The position numbers were made by a program, and so were the translations under genes. Under the pieces are notes generated by a model. It saw only the letters and a list, made by a program, of their open reading frames with translations, searched no databases and was not told the origin of the DNA. A DNA stretch of 25,642 bases from a virus (taxonomy: Duplodnaviria > Caudoviricetes), in the IMG/VR virus record IMGVR_UViG_3300027863_001452, positions 1-25,642 of that record; one strand, 5' to 3'. Of the stretch, positions 5,841 to 15,304 are shown one piece after another. The first letter of the stretch is position 1; the number at the start of each line of letters is the position of its first letter.

Positions 5841-8800
5841 CTACTTTCTCATTGACTTCAAAATTTTCAATACTTCTGAAAGAAATATGTTTCTCATTAA
5901 AAGGATTGCGAAAAAGTATTTGACTGCTGAAAAGATTTCTTCTACTCCAAACAATTCTTTTCTTATCATTTCAACCACCTTCTTTGTGCTATCAGATAAT
6001 CCTATTCTTTCAACTATCATGGAATAGAAGATGAAAATATATCTCTCGTTTAGAGAGAAGGTTTCATTGAACTTAAAGAATTTGGTTGGAAGGATTAGTT
6101 TAAAGTTTAGGCTAAAGACTATGCTTTTTGCGTCAGTTAACCGTTTGATGAAGACAAAGTTTATCCTCTTGTCAATTTTCACCTTTTCCATGAAAGAGGC
6201 TAAAATGGTTTTCTTGAAGGCGAATGACATATTCTGTTTTAAAGCGTCCATTGTGTACCTTCTGAAGTATGTTATCTTGTTCATTAACCCATTTGCTTTC
6301 ATGAAGTCGTTGACAATCTTTGCAATCCTCTTCTGTAAAGAGAATGCTATACTTATTCCTTCAACAAATGTTCTTGTCAGATAATGGTATGGGAATGTAA
6401 CATTTTCTTTTAGAGAAAAGATATCATATGCTTTTTCCGTGAACCTTGTAATCTTGTACTCTAAAGTTTTTATGTAATCAGACAGCCTTCTTTTAACCGT
6501 TTTCGAGACGGTGTCTGAAATCTTTAATCTCATAAACTGTATTGAGTTAAAGAACTTGCTTATTTTTTCATTTGACCATATCCTGTCCTGTACACTTTTT
6601 TTAAAGAATGAGATAGTGTTTAGAATGTGAGAGAATCTTATTGTCTCTTGAAAGAACAGTTTAGCTGACTTTAATGGTGTCAAGGTTTCTGATGTCTTGA
6701 ATCTATCGAAAACCTTTTTGGTGAAACCGAGTCTCTTAAAGGCTTCTGTGAAAGAGTAGGTTGCATAGGCTAAAGTCTTATAGTAAAAGGACATGTTTTC
6801 CCTCGCTTTAAGGTAATCGTACAGTTTCTGTGTCAAAACTCCAATTGTACTATATGTGAGACTGTAAACTGTTTTAATAGTTTCGAGAAAGGCTTTTTTA
6901 ATCTTTTTTCCGAAGTTTTCAACTGACTTTATATTTTCTGAAAAAAATCTCTTGTAAGATACTATTCTATTAAGTGTCTCGTTTAATTTTAATGTATCTG
7001 TGAAGGTTTTCACGATACCTTTCAGAAACCATAGACTTTCATTTTGTTTCAACATATTCATGAAAAATCTTTTATAGGATGCAATTCTATTGAATATTTC
7101 ATTGACTTTGAAGGTTTCTTTTAAAGTGGCAAGAACACCCTTTAATATCTTTAATGAGACCTGTACCTTTACCACATCAGATAAAATATTTCTAAAGGAT
7201 TTGGTGATACTCTCATACACTTTGACAATTTCAGTTCTCAGTGTAAGTGTTCTCTTTATGAATAAAATTTCAAGAGACTTAAAAGGTTCATAGAATATCT
7301 TTAACACGGCATTTTTTCTCTCTTCACCTAATTTGAGGAAATTAAGTCGCTTGAATATGAATACTTGCATGAAAACCTCTTTGAAGTTTAATATGGAAAC
7401 CGCTCTAAAATAGAAAATCTTCTTAGTCACTTCACTTGTCTTCCAAGCATCTTTGATGCTCTTTTTTAAGTAAACAAGTTTGTTGAGAACAACACTCTGT
7501 CTTATAGTATCTGAAAACAGACGTTTGAAACCATATATTATGTTAAGAGAGTAATTTATCTTCATCGCATCTGACAAAATTCTTCTCAGGGAAACAATTC
7601 TGTTAAAGACCTCGTTTTGTTTCAATGTATCCGTGAGAAGTTTCTTGTATAAGAAAATTTTATTAAGTATCTCATTCTGTCTGAAGTTATCTGATACGAA
7701 TTTCTTAAAGGACATAATTCTTTGAAGCGTTTCATTCTGTTTCAATCTATCAGAGAATGGTCTCATGTATGATACAATCTTTGTAATTGTTTCATTTTGC
7801 CCCATTATATCAGAAAGCGTTTTCTTATAAGAGACAATCTTATTATATGCTTCGTTTTGCTTGAACGTTTCAGAACAAAATCTTTTGTACCCCACTATTC
7901 CCTTGAAGGTTTCAGAAACTTTTGTTATCATGTAGAAGACTATTTTAGAAACCATGTTAGCCTTTTCTCTCACCTGTATCCTCTCTTGCATAACTTTTGA
8001 TAGAAGTTTTCTAAAATACTCTGTTGTCTTAAAAAATTCTTGGAGTGAAAGAATATAAAGTTTGTAGAGGGAGGTGGAGAATGTTTCAGAAGATTTTAAT
8101 GTTTCAATCTTTTTTAGAACAGTGTTCTTTCTCAATGTTTCCAACCCTTTTAGTCCATCAAAAACAAGTTTCTTGAACGAACCAATTTTTTGGAACACTT
8201 CATTTAATTTGAACACTTCTTTTAAGGAAATACCTTTGAGTATTTTCGGCCACATGCTTTCTATTGACTTAAAAAAATCGTACAGTTGAAGAGAGGTTAT
8301 TCTGTGAAGAAGGGGAGAGAATGTTTCTCTTATATTGAAAAAGTTTGAATACAGTGTATTAAACCTTTTCACGAAAGAAGGTTCACTTGTTTTAAAATAT
8401 TCGTTTATTTTAATCGGTGCATTTGTAAACGCCCACTCTTGACTTCTCGTCTGGTTTGAAGTTGCTAAAGTGTTATCGTCTATACGAAGGTAAGCGTATT
8501 GACCATTTTTCTTTGCTGTCACGTTCGCTACATAGTCTATTTCAAGGTAGTCTGTCTGGTCTACAACAGTGTATGCGGAAAAAGAGTAGTTTGCTCCAGT
8601 GTATGTTGTCCACGATGTGCCTAGGTTAGAGGATTTGCTGACTCCAGTAGCTATTGTAGTCCTAACTGTTCCATTAGATTGAAGTATCTTAATGTCTATT
8701 TCAGCATCAACTGTTCCACCACCTGTATAAGCTCGATATGTTGCATAGATTGTTGCAGAGAGAATCTGCTGTATACCGGTAAGAGGGTAAACGAATTTTC

Positions 8801-8993
8801 CCCAGACTACACGTGCAACGCTTCCAGTTGAGGCTGAAAGTGTTGTTCCACTAGCGTCTGCTGGAGTGTTAAGCTTTAGGAGGCGGTATGTTGTCCCACC
8901 TATTGTAGTCGTCTCTTGGTGACAGTATAGTATAGCATCTATTATTTTACCGTCTGTCGTGAGAAGTTTAAGGTTGCCTATTGGCTTATCCAT
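5841..8993 (-). CDS. Large putative virion protein: N-terminal Thr/Gly-rich beta domain plus ~850 aa of basic ~20-aa repeats
   Basis: 1050 aa; repeats such as KKTLSDIMGQNETITKIVSY / KKFVSDNFRQNEILNKIFLY; virion role is inferred. Confidence 0.7.
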   Translation of the reverse strand: MDKPIGNLKLLTTDGKIIDAILYCHQETTTIGGTTYRLLKLNTPADASGTTLSASTGSVARVVWGKFVYPLTGIQQILSATIYATYRAYTGGGTVDAEIDIKILQSNGTVRTTIATGVSKSSNLGTSWTTYTGANYSFSAYTVVDQTDYLEIDYVANVTAKKNGQYAYLRIDDNTLATSNQTRSQEWAFTNAPIKINEYFKTSEPSFVKRFNTLYSNFFNIRETFSPLLHRITSLQLYDFFKSIESMWPKILKGISLKEVFKLNEVFQKIGSFKKLVFDGLKGLETLRKNTVLKKIETLKSSETFSTSLYKLYILSLQEFFKTTEYFRKLLSKVMQERIQVREKANMVSKIVFYMITKVSETFKGIVGYKRFCSETFKQNEAYNKIVSYKKTLSDIMGQNETITKIVSYMRPFSDRLKQNETLQRIMSFKKFVSDNFRQNEILNKIFLYKKLLTDTLKQNEVFNRIVSLRRILSDAMKINYSLNIIYGFKRLFSDTIRQSVVLNKLVYLKKSIKDAWKTSEVTKKIFYFRAVSILNFKEVFMQVFIFKRLNFLKLGEERKNAVLKIFYEPFKSLEILFIKRTLTLRTEIVKVYESITKSFRNILSDVVKVQVSLKILKGVLATLKETFKVNEIFNRIASYKRFFMNMLKQNESLWFLKGIVKTFTDTLKLNETLNRIVSYKRFFSENIKSVENFGKKIKKAFLETIKTVYSLTYSTIGVLTQKLYDYLKARENMSFYYKTLAYATYSFTEAFKRLGFTKKVFDRFKTSETLTPLKSAKLFFQETIRFSHILNTISFFKKSVQDRIWSNEKISKFFNSIQFMRLKISDTVSKTVKRRLSDYIKTLEYKITRFTEKAYDIFSLKENVTFPYHYLTRTFVEGISIAFSLQKRIAKIVNDFMKANGLMNKITYFRRYTMDALKQNMSFAFKKTILASFMEKVKIDKRINFVFIKRLTDAKSIVFSLNFKLILPTKFFKFNETFSLNERYIFIFYSMIVERIGLSDSTKKVVEMIRKELFGVEEIFSAVKYFFAILLMRNIFLSEVLKILKSMRK
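7410..7886 (-). repeat. Degenerate 60-bp (20-aa) tandem repeat, ~8 clearest units
   Basis: Recurrent (S/T)(D/E)xxxQNE register at an exact 20-aa period. Confidence 0.8.
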
Positions 8994-9306
8994 ACTTGCT
9001 CACAAATTCCCAGTCAGCTAACTCAATATTTATAACCTCAGCATCTGAGCCTTCAATGTAAAATCTGTAACCGCATTTTGGATTTTGTTTCCTTAACGGT
9101 AACGTAGGATATACGATACATTCTTCATGTGTTTTCCCATGTTCTGGACAATATTCTTTCAGTTTATCATGGATACTGCATTTGCCGTCTGATGTTAGGT
9201 GACTGCATGAGTCTTCATTTATTTTACCGTTTACAAATCCACAGCAGAAACCACACTGTTTACATTCTCCAACTCGAACTATTTTTAATACTATCTGTTC
9301 TTCCAT
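8986..9306 (-). CDS. YkgJ-like CxxCxxCC cysteine-cluster (Fe-S/Zn) protein
   Basis: GECKQCGFCC...CSHL...GKCSIH...CIVYP pattern typical of the CxxCxxCC family. Confidence 0.75.
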   Translation of the reverse strand: MEEQIVLKIVRVGECKQCGFCCGFVNGKINEDSCSHLTSDGKCSIHDKLKEYCPEHGKTHEECIVYPTLPLRKQNPKCGYRFYIEGSDAEVINIELADWEFVSKYG

Positions 9307-9377
9307 AGGATATCACCAATGTTGTCAACATTTCTTTTTATATTCTAGAGGATAATTTAAACCTTTATCTTCTTGTT

Positions 9378-10505
9378 TCACCTGTTTTTTACGGGCAAAT
9401 GTATTCTCGGCCACTTTCCATCTAACATCATCTTGTACAGTTTATAGAATTCTCTTGCACCATTTCCCTTCTTGAACCTTTCAGCCCTTCTTCTCGCCTC
9501 CTCCGGTTTCAGTTCATTTACTCTCGAAAGTATTTCAGCGAATGCGTCAACACTGTTTGGGACAATGAACCCGCTTCTACCATGTTCTACTATCTCGCTC
9601 ATTGCACCATTGCATGTGGTGATAACAGGTGTCCCACATGCGAGGCTTTCGAGGACAACATAGCCGAAGGCTTCCACATAAGATACGGGGAAAATGAATG
9701 CTTTAGCCTTCTGGAGAAAATGTATTAAACTTGTCCTGTCTGGTGTTGGAACATATTCTATCCCATGCTTGTCCATTAGGGGCTTGACTTTTTCAAGAAA
9801 ATATCTTCTATGGTCTTGTGAGATAATGTCTCCACTCATCTTCAACTTTACTCCTGCCTTCACACACGCCTCTATTGCCGTTATAGGCCCTTTGACTTCA
9901 TTAAATCTTGAAACCCATATGACGTAATCTTCTTTGTCATAGCATGGTTGATAGAGGTCTAAGTCTATGTCAGGATATACTACAACAGGATTAACTATTG
10001 AAGTGTGACGGTTTTTTGACGTGAAAAAGGGATGTGGTATAGGTTCTTGAACATATGCTCCGAAAGAGCTTTCCATTGCCTTAGCATGTTTATATGATAT
10101 GGCTACAACATGATGTGGGTAGAAGAGATTGTTTTCGTCTACACTAATCAAGTGTGTTAGTGCCTTTTCTCCCATTCCAACCGTGTTTGCGAAAAAATGT
10201 GCACATTTAAAGTTTGAGCCATCGTGTATAATGTCTGATGAGAGAATGTTTTTCAAGTGCATGGCAATGTTTGCCAACTCTGTCTTTCTATCCAAAAAAC
10301 CCATTTCAGGATGAAGGCTTGAGATTTCTACAAGATTACCGTGTTCTGGTTTCCTCGACAGAGGTGAAGCATATAATGTGACATTGTGTCCCATCTTGTC
10401 AAGTTCGTCGACAACATTCCAATAAATTATTTCTCCACCGTAGGCAATAGGTGGCGTGGGATAAAGTCCCATGTATGAGAGAAAGGATATTTTTAGTGTC
10501 TCCAT
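9378..10505 (-). CDS. GT4 (GT-B fold) glycosyltransferase
   Basis: PPIAYGG N-terminal motif, SRFNEVKG, EAFGYVVLESLACGTPVI (ExFG...E) and EIVEHGRSGF. Confidence 0.92.
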   Translation of the reverse strand: METLKISFLSYMGLYPTPPIAYGGEIIYWNVVDELDKMGHNVTLYASPLSRKPEHGNLVEISSLHPEMGFLDRKTELANIAMHLKNILSSDIIHDGSNFKCAHFFANTVGMGEKALTHLISVDENNLFYPHHVVAISYKHAKAMESSFGAYVQEPIPHPFFTSKNRHTSIVNPVVVYPDIDLDLYQPCYDKEDYVIWVSRFNEVKGPITAIEACVKAGVKLKMSGDIISQDHRRYFLEKVKPLMDKHGIEYVPTPDRTSLIHFLQKAKAFIFPVSYVEAFGYVVLESLACGTPVITTCNGAMSEIVEHGRSGFIVPNSVDAFAEILSRVNELKPEEARRRAERFKKGNGAREFYKLYKMMLDGKWPRIHLPVKNR

Positions 10506-10514
10506 TCAACCACC

Positions 10515-10739
10515 CTATCCTATGAAAGTGTTTCCACTTTTCTTTTCAGCTTCTTCTTCTTTCAAATCTTTCTCCATCAGTTTATCGTTTACTTCTGCAA
10601 TGTATTCGAATGCACTCATGTATCCCGCTAACACAATCTTCATCTTCTTTAAAGCCCTTTTCACTAGAACCAGTTCATATAAGACGAACAATAGTGTTAG
10701 AATCTGGAAGATGAAAAGGTATGTTTCCAAATCTGTCAT
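10515..10739 (-). CDS. Small single-TM membrane protein
   Basis: Hydrophobic N-terminus YLFIFQILTLLFVLYELVLV; TATA box at ~10760. Confidence 0.7.
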   Translation of the reverse strand: MTDLETYLFIFQILTLLFVLYELVLVKRALKKMKIVLAGYMSAFEYIAEVNDKLMEKDLKEEEAEKKSGNTFIG

Positions 10740-10774
10740 AGTATTGGATGGACTAACACTTATTTAAAAACTTT

Positions 10775-11071
10775 TCAAACTGACGCAGTAAAGTTTTCAA
10801 GAAACTCTTTCCTTGTTCCATCCTCTTCCTTTGAGTTTGTCATTGACGCTTCAAGTTTTCTTATCTCTGAAAGAAGTTTTGCCTTTCTCTCCTTCAACCG
10901 CTCAAGCTCCTTTTCCTCGTCATCAACCTGCTTCTTCAGGTTCTCAAGTTTCGTCTGATACTCTTCTATGTCGGGAACAATCCAGTACAATTGTAGGACT
11001 TCAAAAAACTCTTTTATCTCTTCAACATTATTTAAAGTAAATGCGACACTTAACTTCATTTCACGGGGCAT
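10775..11071 (-). CDS. Hypothetical coiled-coil protein
   Basis: 98 aa with heptad-like E/K/L stretch. Confidence 0.7.
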   Translation of the reverse strand: MPREMKLSVAFTLNNVEEIKEFFEVLQLYWIVPDIEEYQTKLENLKKQVDDEEKELERLKERKAKLLSEIRKLEASMTNSKEEDGTRKEFLENFTASV

Positions 11072-11082
11072 TATTGGAACAC

Positions 11083-11223
11083 CTAAGGTGCGTTTAACGT
11101 GAACATACCCTTGTATGTTAGGTCAACTGTTTCAGAGTTTGTTACTCCTATAACACTCCAGCATAAGAGCCCCTTGCCTAGTTCAACATCCTCTTTTTCG
11201 TCTACAACGAGTTTTGTGGACAT
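11083..11223 (-). CDS. Possible small protein (46 aa; not in ORF track)
   Basis: MSTKLVVDEKEDVELGKGLLCWSVIGVTNSETVDLTYKGMFTLNAP*; AAAAAG-TTTAAATA promoter at ~11251-11263. Confidence 0.45.
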   Translation of the reverse strand: MSTKLVVDEKEDVELGKGLLCWSVIGVTNSETVDLTYKGMFTLNAP

Positions 11224-11307
11224 GATGTCATTTTAGGAATACAGTGCATTATTTAAACTTTTTGCTCATAGAAATGTTTATAAAAAGATGTTGTGTAAGC
11301 ATAATCT

Positions 11308-11733
11308 ATGGTCAAGATAGGAGAAGACAAGGACGTAATATTGTTTGTAAGAGAAAACCTATTAAATAATATAGTTGACAAGAACGGTAACCCGGTTAAC
11401 ATTAGGGCAACATTTCCTCTTTCCCTCGCTCAAGTTCCATGTGTTGTCCTCATATTAAGAGGTGTTCGTTCACGTTTTCTGACAGTTGGTGCTACAAGAC
11501 AGAGGTGGTATGCGACGTTTGAGATACAGGTTTGGGCAAGAGACTTGGAAGACCGTTACACTATATCGAAGTCTATAAGGGAGAGGATTTGGTCTATTGC
11601 GAAAGAAAATCTTGCCGACAACTATGTTTTCATGCAGACTACAAGGGACACAATCAATGATGAGGTAACACTTTCTGGTACACCAATCTATCGTGCGACA
11701 GAAGAGATAGAAGTCATATATGATAAGACATGA
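11308..11733 (+). CDS. Putative tail terminator / tail-completion protein
   Basis: 141 aa; FP...PCVVL, FEIQVWA and terminal beta strand pattern resemble SPP1 gp17/lambda gpU-like proteins; leaderless TTTATAAA promoter at ~11277. Confidence 0.6.
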   Translation: MVKIGEDKDVILFVRENLLNNIVDKNGNPVNIRATFPLSLAQVPCVVLILRGVRSRFLTVGATRQRWYATFEIQVWARDLEDRYTISKSIRERIWSIAKENLADNYVFMQTTRDTINDEVTLSGTPIYRATEEIEVIYDKT

Positions 11734-11744
11734 GGTGAGAAAGG

Positions 11745-12125
11745 TTGTGTGACATATATTTTCATCCTTGCCTCAAATGTGGAAAAAATGTTGAAATGCA
11801 TTTGGGAGATTTTGAAACACATGCTAACGAAATCGATGTCATCTGCCACGACTGTTTCCTGAAAATGTTGGGTTCTGGAACATATGTAGACCTTTACGAG
11901 AAAATGCCTGAAAAGAGTGTGTTATGGATTTATTTTCCAGACGGTTTAAGAGGAGACTGTAAATTTGCTCTCATCATTTCAAAGACAGAGAATGCTTGGA
12001 TAAACAGGATGATGAACCATCCTAACGACGAGTTTGCGACAATGATAATGGAAATGGACATAAGGTTCGAGAAAAAGAAAAGACATAAGAAAAGGGATGG
12101 AAGTCCCGAAACAGGACTTCCTTAA
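11745..12125 (+). CDS. Hypothetical zinc-binding protein
   Basis: CLKC...CHDC; TTG start with GAGGTGA SD. Confidence 0.7.
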   Translation: MCDIYFHPCLKCGKNVEMHLGDFETHANEIDVICHDCFLKMLGSGTYVDLYEKMPEKSVLWIYFPDGLRGDCKFALIISKTENAWINRMMNHPNDEFATMIMEMDIRFEKKKRHKKRDGSPETGLP

Positions 12126-12159
12126 GAAAAACTTTGAGACAGATTATCCTGCTCTACTG

Positions 12160-13083
12160 CTATGAACTCCTCAGCCCAATCATTTTCACGATACTTTCTG
12201 GATAGGTTATGACAGGCGCATACCTTGCTGTTACAATAACGTCTATACTGTCAAAGTTTGGCTGTGGCCATACTGCGACACTGATTGGTCTCTTCACTAC
12301 AAAGAAACCGAGTGGTGCATATGCTCCTGAAGCGTTTGCTCCTGCGGCGGCAAGAACATAGGCTCTTCCCGCTGGAACGTTTGGTGTAACAATCTGTTTT
12401 AATCCAAAGAGTGTTGGTGTTGGAGTTGGAACAGTACCAGAACCTTGAGTGTACACTGGAACGTTAGAGAACAGGTATGCGGCGAACTGTGGAAGTGCCA
12501 TCAAGTCTTGGTGCTGAAGTGGGTTCATGACAATGGTGTCTGGTTCAAGAGCGTACTGTTGAATTATTGCTTTAGCGTTTGTGATATCGTTGACACCTAT
12601 TGTCCCACTTCTTGTCGAACTTGTTCCGTCCATGAAAATGCTTGTTCCTGTGGCAGAGAATGTTGAAGTTGTAAGTGCGGCAGAGTTGAATGCGGCTTCA
12701 ACGTCCTGGTCTATGGTCATGACCAGACGTCTTGCGGCTCGCCTCAACTGGTCTTCTATAATATTCACAATCTGGTCTTCCAATAGTTCTCTTGTAATCC
12801 TTACGGCTGTACCAACCTTGTAAGGTGTTACGGTTACGACAGTGTATGGAGTGTAGTCTGAAACAATCTGTGCACCTTCCTCTGTTCTCCCGACTACTGC
12901 AACAGTTCTCTGTCCAGCCTGCTTTGGTATAGCGGCTGTGGCACCAACTCTGATGACCAACTCTTGCAAGAGTGGTTTCAGAGCAAGTGCTGGCATTGTA
13001 AGCTCAACAATCCTCTTTGACAGAGCAGGATAGAACATTGCACCGGTTGTATCCATCGTGAAAGTCTCTCTAACCATACTCAT
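12160..13083 (-). CDS. Major capsid protein (HK97 fold)
   Basis: 307 aa; EGAQI, KVGTAVRITRELLED, IVMNP, LFGLKQIVTPNVP patterns; follows the protease/scaffold and cement genes. Confidence 0.92.
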   Translation of the reverse strand: MSMVRETFTMDTTGAMFYPALSKRIVELTMPALALKPLLQELVIRVGATAAIPKQAGQRTVAVVGRTEEGAQIVSDYTPYTVVTVTPYKVGTAVRITRELLEDQIVNIIEDQLRRAARRLVMTIDQDVEAAFNSAALTTSTFSATGTSIFMDGTSSTRSGTIGVNDITNAKAIIQQYALEPDTIVMNPLQHQDLMALPQFAAYLFSNVPVYTQGSGTVPTPTPTLFGLKQIVTPNVPAGRAYVLAAAGANASGAYAPLGFFVVKRPISVAVWPQPNFDSIDVIVTARYAPVITYPESIVKMIGLRSS

Positions 13084-13089
13084 ATTTTA

Positions 13090-13485
13090 TCACCATAGGA
13101 GGACTTGGATTGTGTCTCCATCTTGTGATGCGGCACTTAAGGCTATACCTTTTATGACGAGACCGTTTGAGTATGCGTTTGCGACTGTTAATGTGGCAAC
13201 TTTACCGCTTGTGCTTGCACCAATGTATGAACCGGCACTTATTGCACCTGAAGCGACTGCATCGATTACACCTCTACATAGTACTGCGACAGGTTCTCCT
13301 GAAGCGGCGTTTGTTAAAGCGATTCCAAGAAGCTGGTCTGTTGCGGCATTTGTTGCCACAACTGTCCAAGCGGCTGAAAGTTTCACAGCATTTCCGATTG
13401 AGATTGTTCCACCGGCTTTAAAGTTCACGATAAAATTGTCTGAATGAAGTGGCTTGCCTTCGAACAAAGGTGGTATTGTGCTCAT
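13090..13485 (-). CDS. Capsid cement/decoration protein (DUF2190-like)
   Basis: Ala/Gly-rich; GIALTNAASGEPVAV...G, GAISAG, GIALSAASQDGDTIQVLL; lies between scaffold and MCP. Confidence 0.8.
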   Translation of the reverse strand: MSTIPPLFEGKPLHSDNFIVNFKAGGTISIGNAVKLSAAWTVVATNAATDQLLGIALTNAASGEPVAVLCRGVIDAVASGAISAGSYIGASTSGKVATLTVANAYSNGLVIKGIALSAASQDGDTIQVLLW

Positions 13486-13495
13486 ACTATCACCT

Positions 13496-14815
13496 TTATC
13501 CTAGAAGTCCCCTCTTCTCCAATTCTTTTGACGCCTTGTAGATTTCCTTGAACCATGCTGGTAGCTCTCCTTCGGCTTTTGTTTCCTCTTTTACTTCACC
13601 GACAATACCCTTTCCTGAGGCAGATGCTTCAGCAAGCTTCTTCTTCTTTGCTTCCTCTATCTTTTTCTTGACTTCCTCAAGCTTTTTCTTCAATTCCTCA
13701 ATCTTTTTCTTCTTCGCTTCCTCTTCCTCTTTCTTCTTTCTTTTTTCCTCGATTAGTTTCTTTAGTTCCTCTCTTCTTCTCTTGGCAATAAGTTTCGCCA
13801 TCAACTTTTTCTTTGCTTCAAGCTTCTTCTTCTTTGCCTCTTCCTCTTCTTCTTCCTCTTCTTCTTCCTCTGGTTCTTCTGGTTCTTCCTCTTCCTCTTC
13901 TTCTTCATCTTTCTTCTTCTTTACTTCCTCAGAAAGTTTCTTCACTTCCTCTGAAAGTGCCTTTAGAGCTTTGTCAAAGTATTCTTGAATATTCTTCTGT
14001 GAGTCGGCAATCATTTTCATAACGTCTTCGTATGATAGTGGCTTTGGCTCTTTTATTTCGGCTGAGGGAGTAGCAGTATCTTGTGCCTTAAAACTCATAC
14101 TACTCCCATGTTGGAGACTGTTTTCACTACCATTCCTCTCCTTGGAAATGGTAGTATCATATTGAACATGAGTGTTTTGAAGAGAAGATTGGTATTTAAA
14201 TCTTTCGGAAAGGGTGGCATCTAATCCCGCCTTAAAACCTACGGGCATAACAATAGCACTCTCGTATGCTGGGAGAGAGACTATACTAATTTCTATCGGC
14301 TGAGGATGCCTGATAACAAGTTCTGTTCCACCACATCTTGGACAAGGCTTGTCAATCTCAGTTATCTTCGCCTCCATTTCATTCTTGCTCTTTCCGAGAC
14401 AGTTTGCACAGTAAACGTCATCCGAGTAAACTTGGATACTACTGTATTTAATGTATCCTAGAATAAGTTTTTTGATGATGTCTTCATCAGCAATTTCTGC
14501 CTCGTAAAAGACCTTATTGTCTTCTCTCCAAGCGTTTGTTACAGTTCCAATAATATCTTCAACCCTATCAGAATGGTTTTTTCTCACCTGACAACCTTTC
14601 AACTTTTCTGCAACTTCATCTAAGTCTTCTACTGGAACTTTCCACTTGTTAGCGTTCATGCTGTCATCGACTGCAATACCTACTATCTCAAGTCTTGGAG
14701 GAAGCTTGCCTGTCCTATTAAATTCTTTCATTAGCTCACTATATTGTGTTCTCGAAACCTTTGGTGCTGACTTTGCAAAATATTTGACTTCCAATCCTCT
14801 CTTCAAAACACTCAT
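13496..14815 (-). CDS. Prohead protease fused to coiled-coil scaffolding protein
   Basis: NH...IIG, SSIQ, EISIVSLPAY motifs of HK97-type maturation proteases, with a CxxC...CxxC insert; C-terminal E/K coil. Confidence 0.85.
   Translation of the reverse strand: MSVLKRGLEVKYFAKSAPKVSRTQYSELMKEFNRTGKLPPRLEIVGIAVDDSMNANKWKVPVEDLDEVAEKLKGCQVRKNHSDRVEDIIGTVTNAWREDNKVFYEAEIADEDIIKKLILGYIKYSSIQVYSDDVYCANCLGKSKNEMEAKITEIDKPCPRCGGTELVIRHPQPIEISIVSLPAYESAIVMPVGFKAGLDATLSERFKYQSSLQNTHVQYDTTISKERNGSENSLQHGSSMSFKAQDTATPSAEIKEPKPLSYEDVMKMIADSQKNIQEYFDKALKALSEEVKKLSEEVKKKKDEEEEEEEEPEEPEEEEEEEEEEEAKKKKLEAKKKLMAKLIAKRRREELKKLIEEKRKKKEEEEAKKKKIEELKKKLEEVKKKIEEAKKKKLAEASASGKGIVGEVKEETKAEGELPAWFKEIYKASKELEKRGLLG
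13640..13935 (-). repeat. Low-complexity GAA/GAG/AAG tract (poly-Glu and E/K runs)
   Basis: EEEEEEEEPEEPEEEEEEEEEEEAKKKK...; almost pure pyrimidine on the + strand. Confidence 0.85.
14193..14207 (-). promoter_or_regulatory. Putative internal promoter for scaffold/cement/MCP
   Basis: CGAAAGA-TTTAAATA on the minus strand, ~95 nt upstream of in-frame Met at 14098. Confidence 0.5.
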
Positions 14816-14855
14816 ATGTTCTCTTTTAACCTGTTAGGGATATAAGTTTTGTCGT

Positions 14856-15221
14856 TTATAAAATCTCCTTTTCTTTAACATAATCCTCCCAATGGTCTAT
14901 AATATAGTTTTCGAAATGATATACTAGAGCATTTTTGTAGTCTTCCCACACGTCTTTAGCATGTTCTGACACAAGATGGATTGTCATTTCATCCAAGTCC
15001 TCTTTCACTTCCTCAAGACAAAGTCTACATTTTTGTTTCACCACACCCTCTTCCTCCTCTTGTTTAAAGTATTCTAGGATAGTGTCAGTGTCAAGTGAGA
15101 GTGCAAAGTCTGGGCTTTCAAGAAAATCTTTTAACACATCGGCATGTGTTTTAAGATGTTCAACCATAAGCTCTTCAGATGTAGTCTGCAAATTACATAG
15201 TCTGCAAATGTAGGTACTCAT
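14856..15221 (-). CDS. Acidic protein with two C2H2 zinc fingers
   Basis: CRLC...HLKTH and CRLC...HLVSEH. Confidence 0.8.
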   Translation of the reverse strand: MSTYICRLCNLQTTSEELMVEHLKTHADVLKDFLESPDFALSLDTDTILEYFKQEEEEGVVKQKCRLCLEEVKEDLDEMTIHLVSEHAKDVWEDYKNALVYHFENYIIDHWEDYVKEKEIL

Positions 15222-15304
15222 ACGAATTTATTTTCTCCATGAACTTATTTAAACATTTTCTCAAAAAAACGTTTATATATTCCCTTCCAACTTCATTTAA
15301 CATA

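Noticed and set aside
5841-8993. Tape-measure protein or DGR target call
   Set aside because: It lacks Ala/Gly-rich TMP composition and tail-gene context; no reverse transcriptase or TR/VR pair seen
12154-12162. Stop-codon readthrough or recoding at the MCP end
   Set aside because: TAG is followed one codon later by a second TAG; all three stop codons terminate genes normally elsewhere
13548-14022. Plus-strand Ser/Phe- and Leu/Pro-rich ORFs
   Set aside because: Antisense shadows of the E/K low-complexity scaffold
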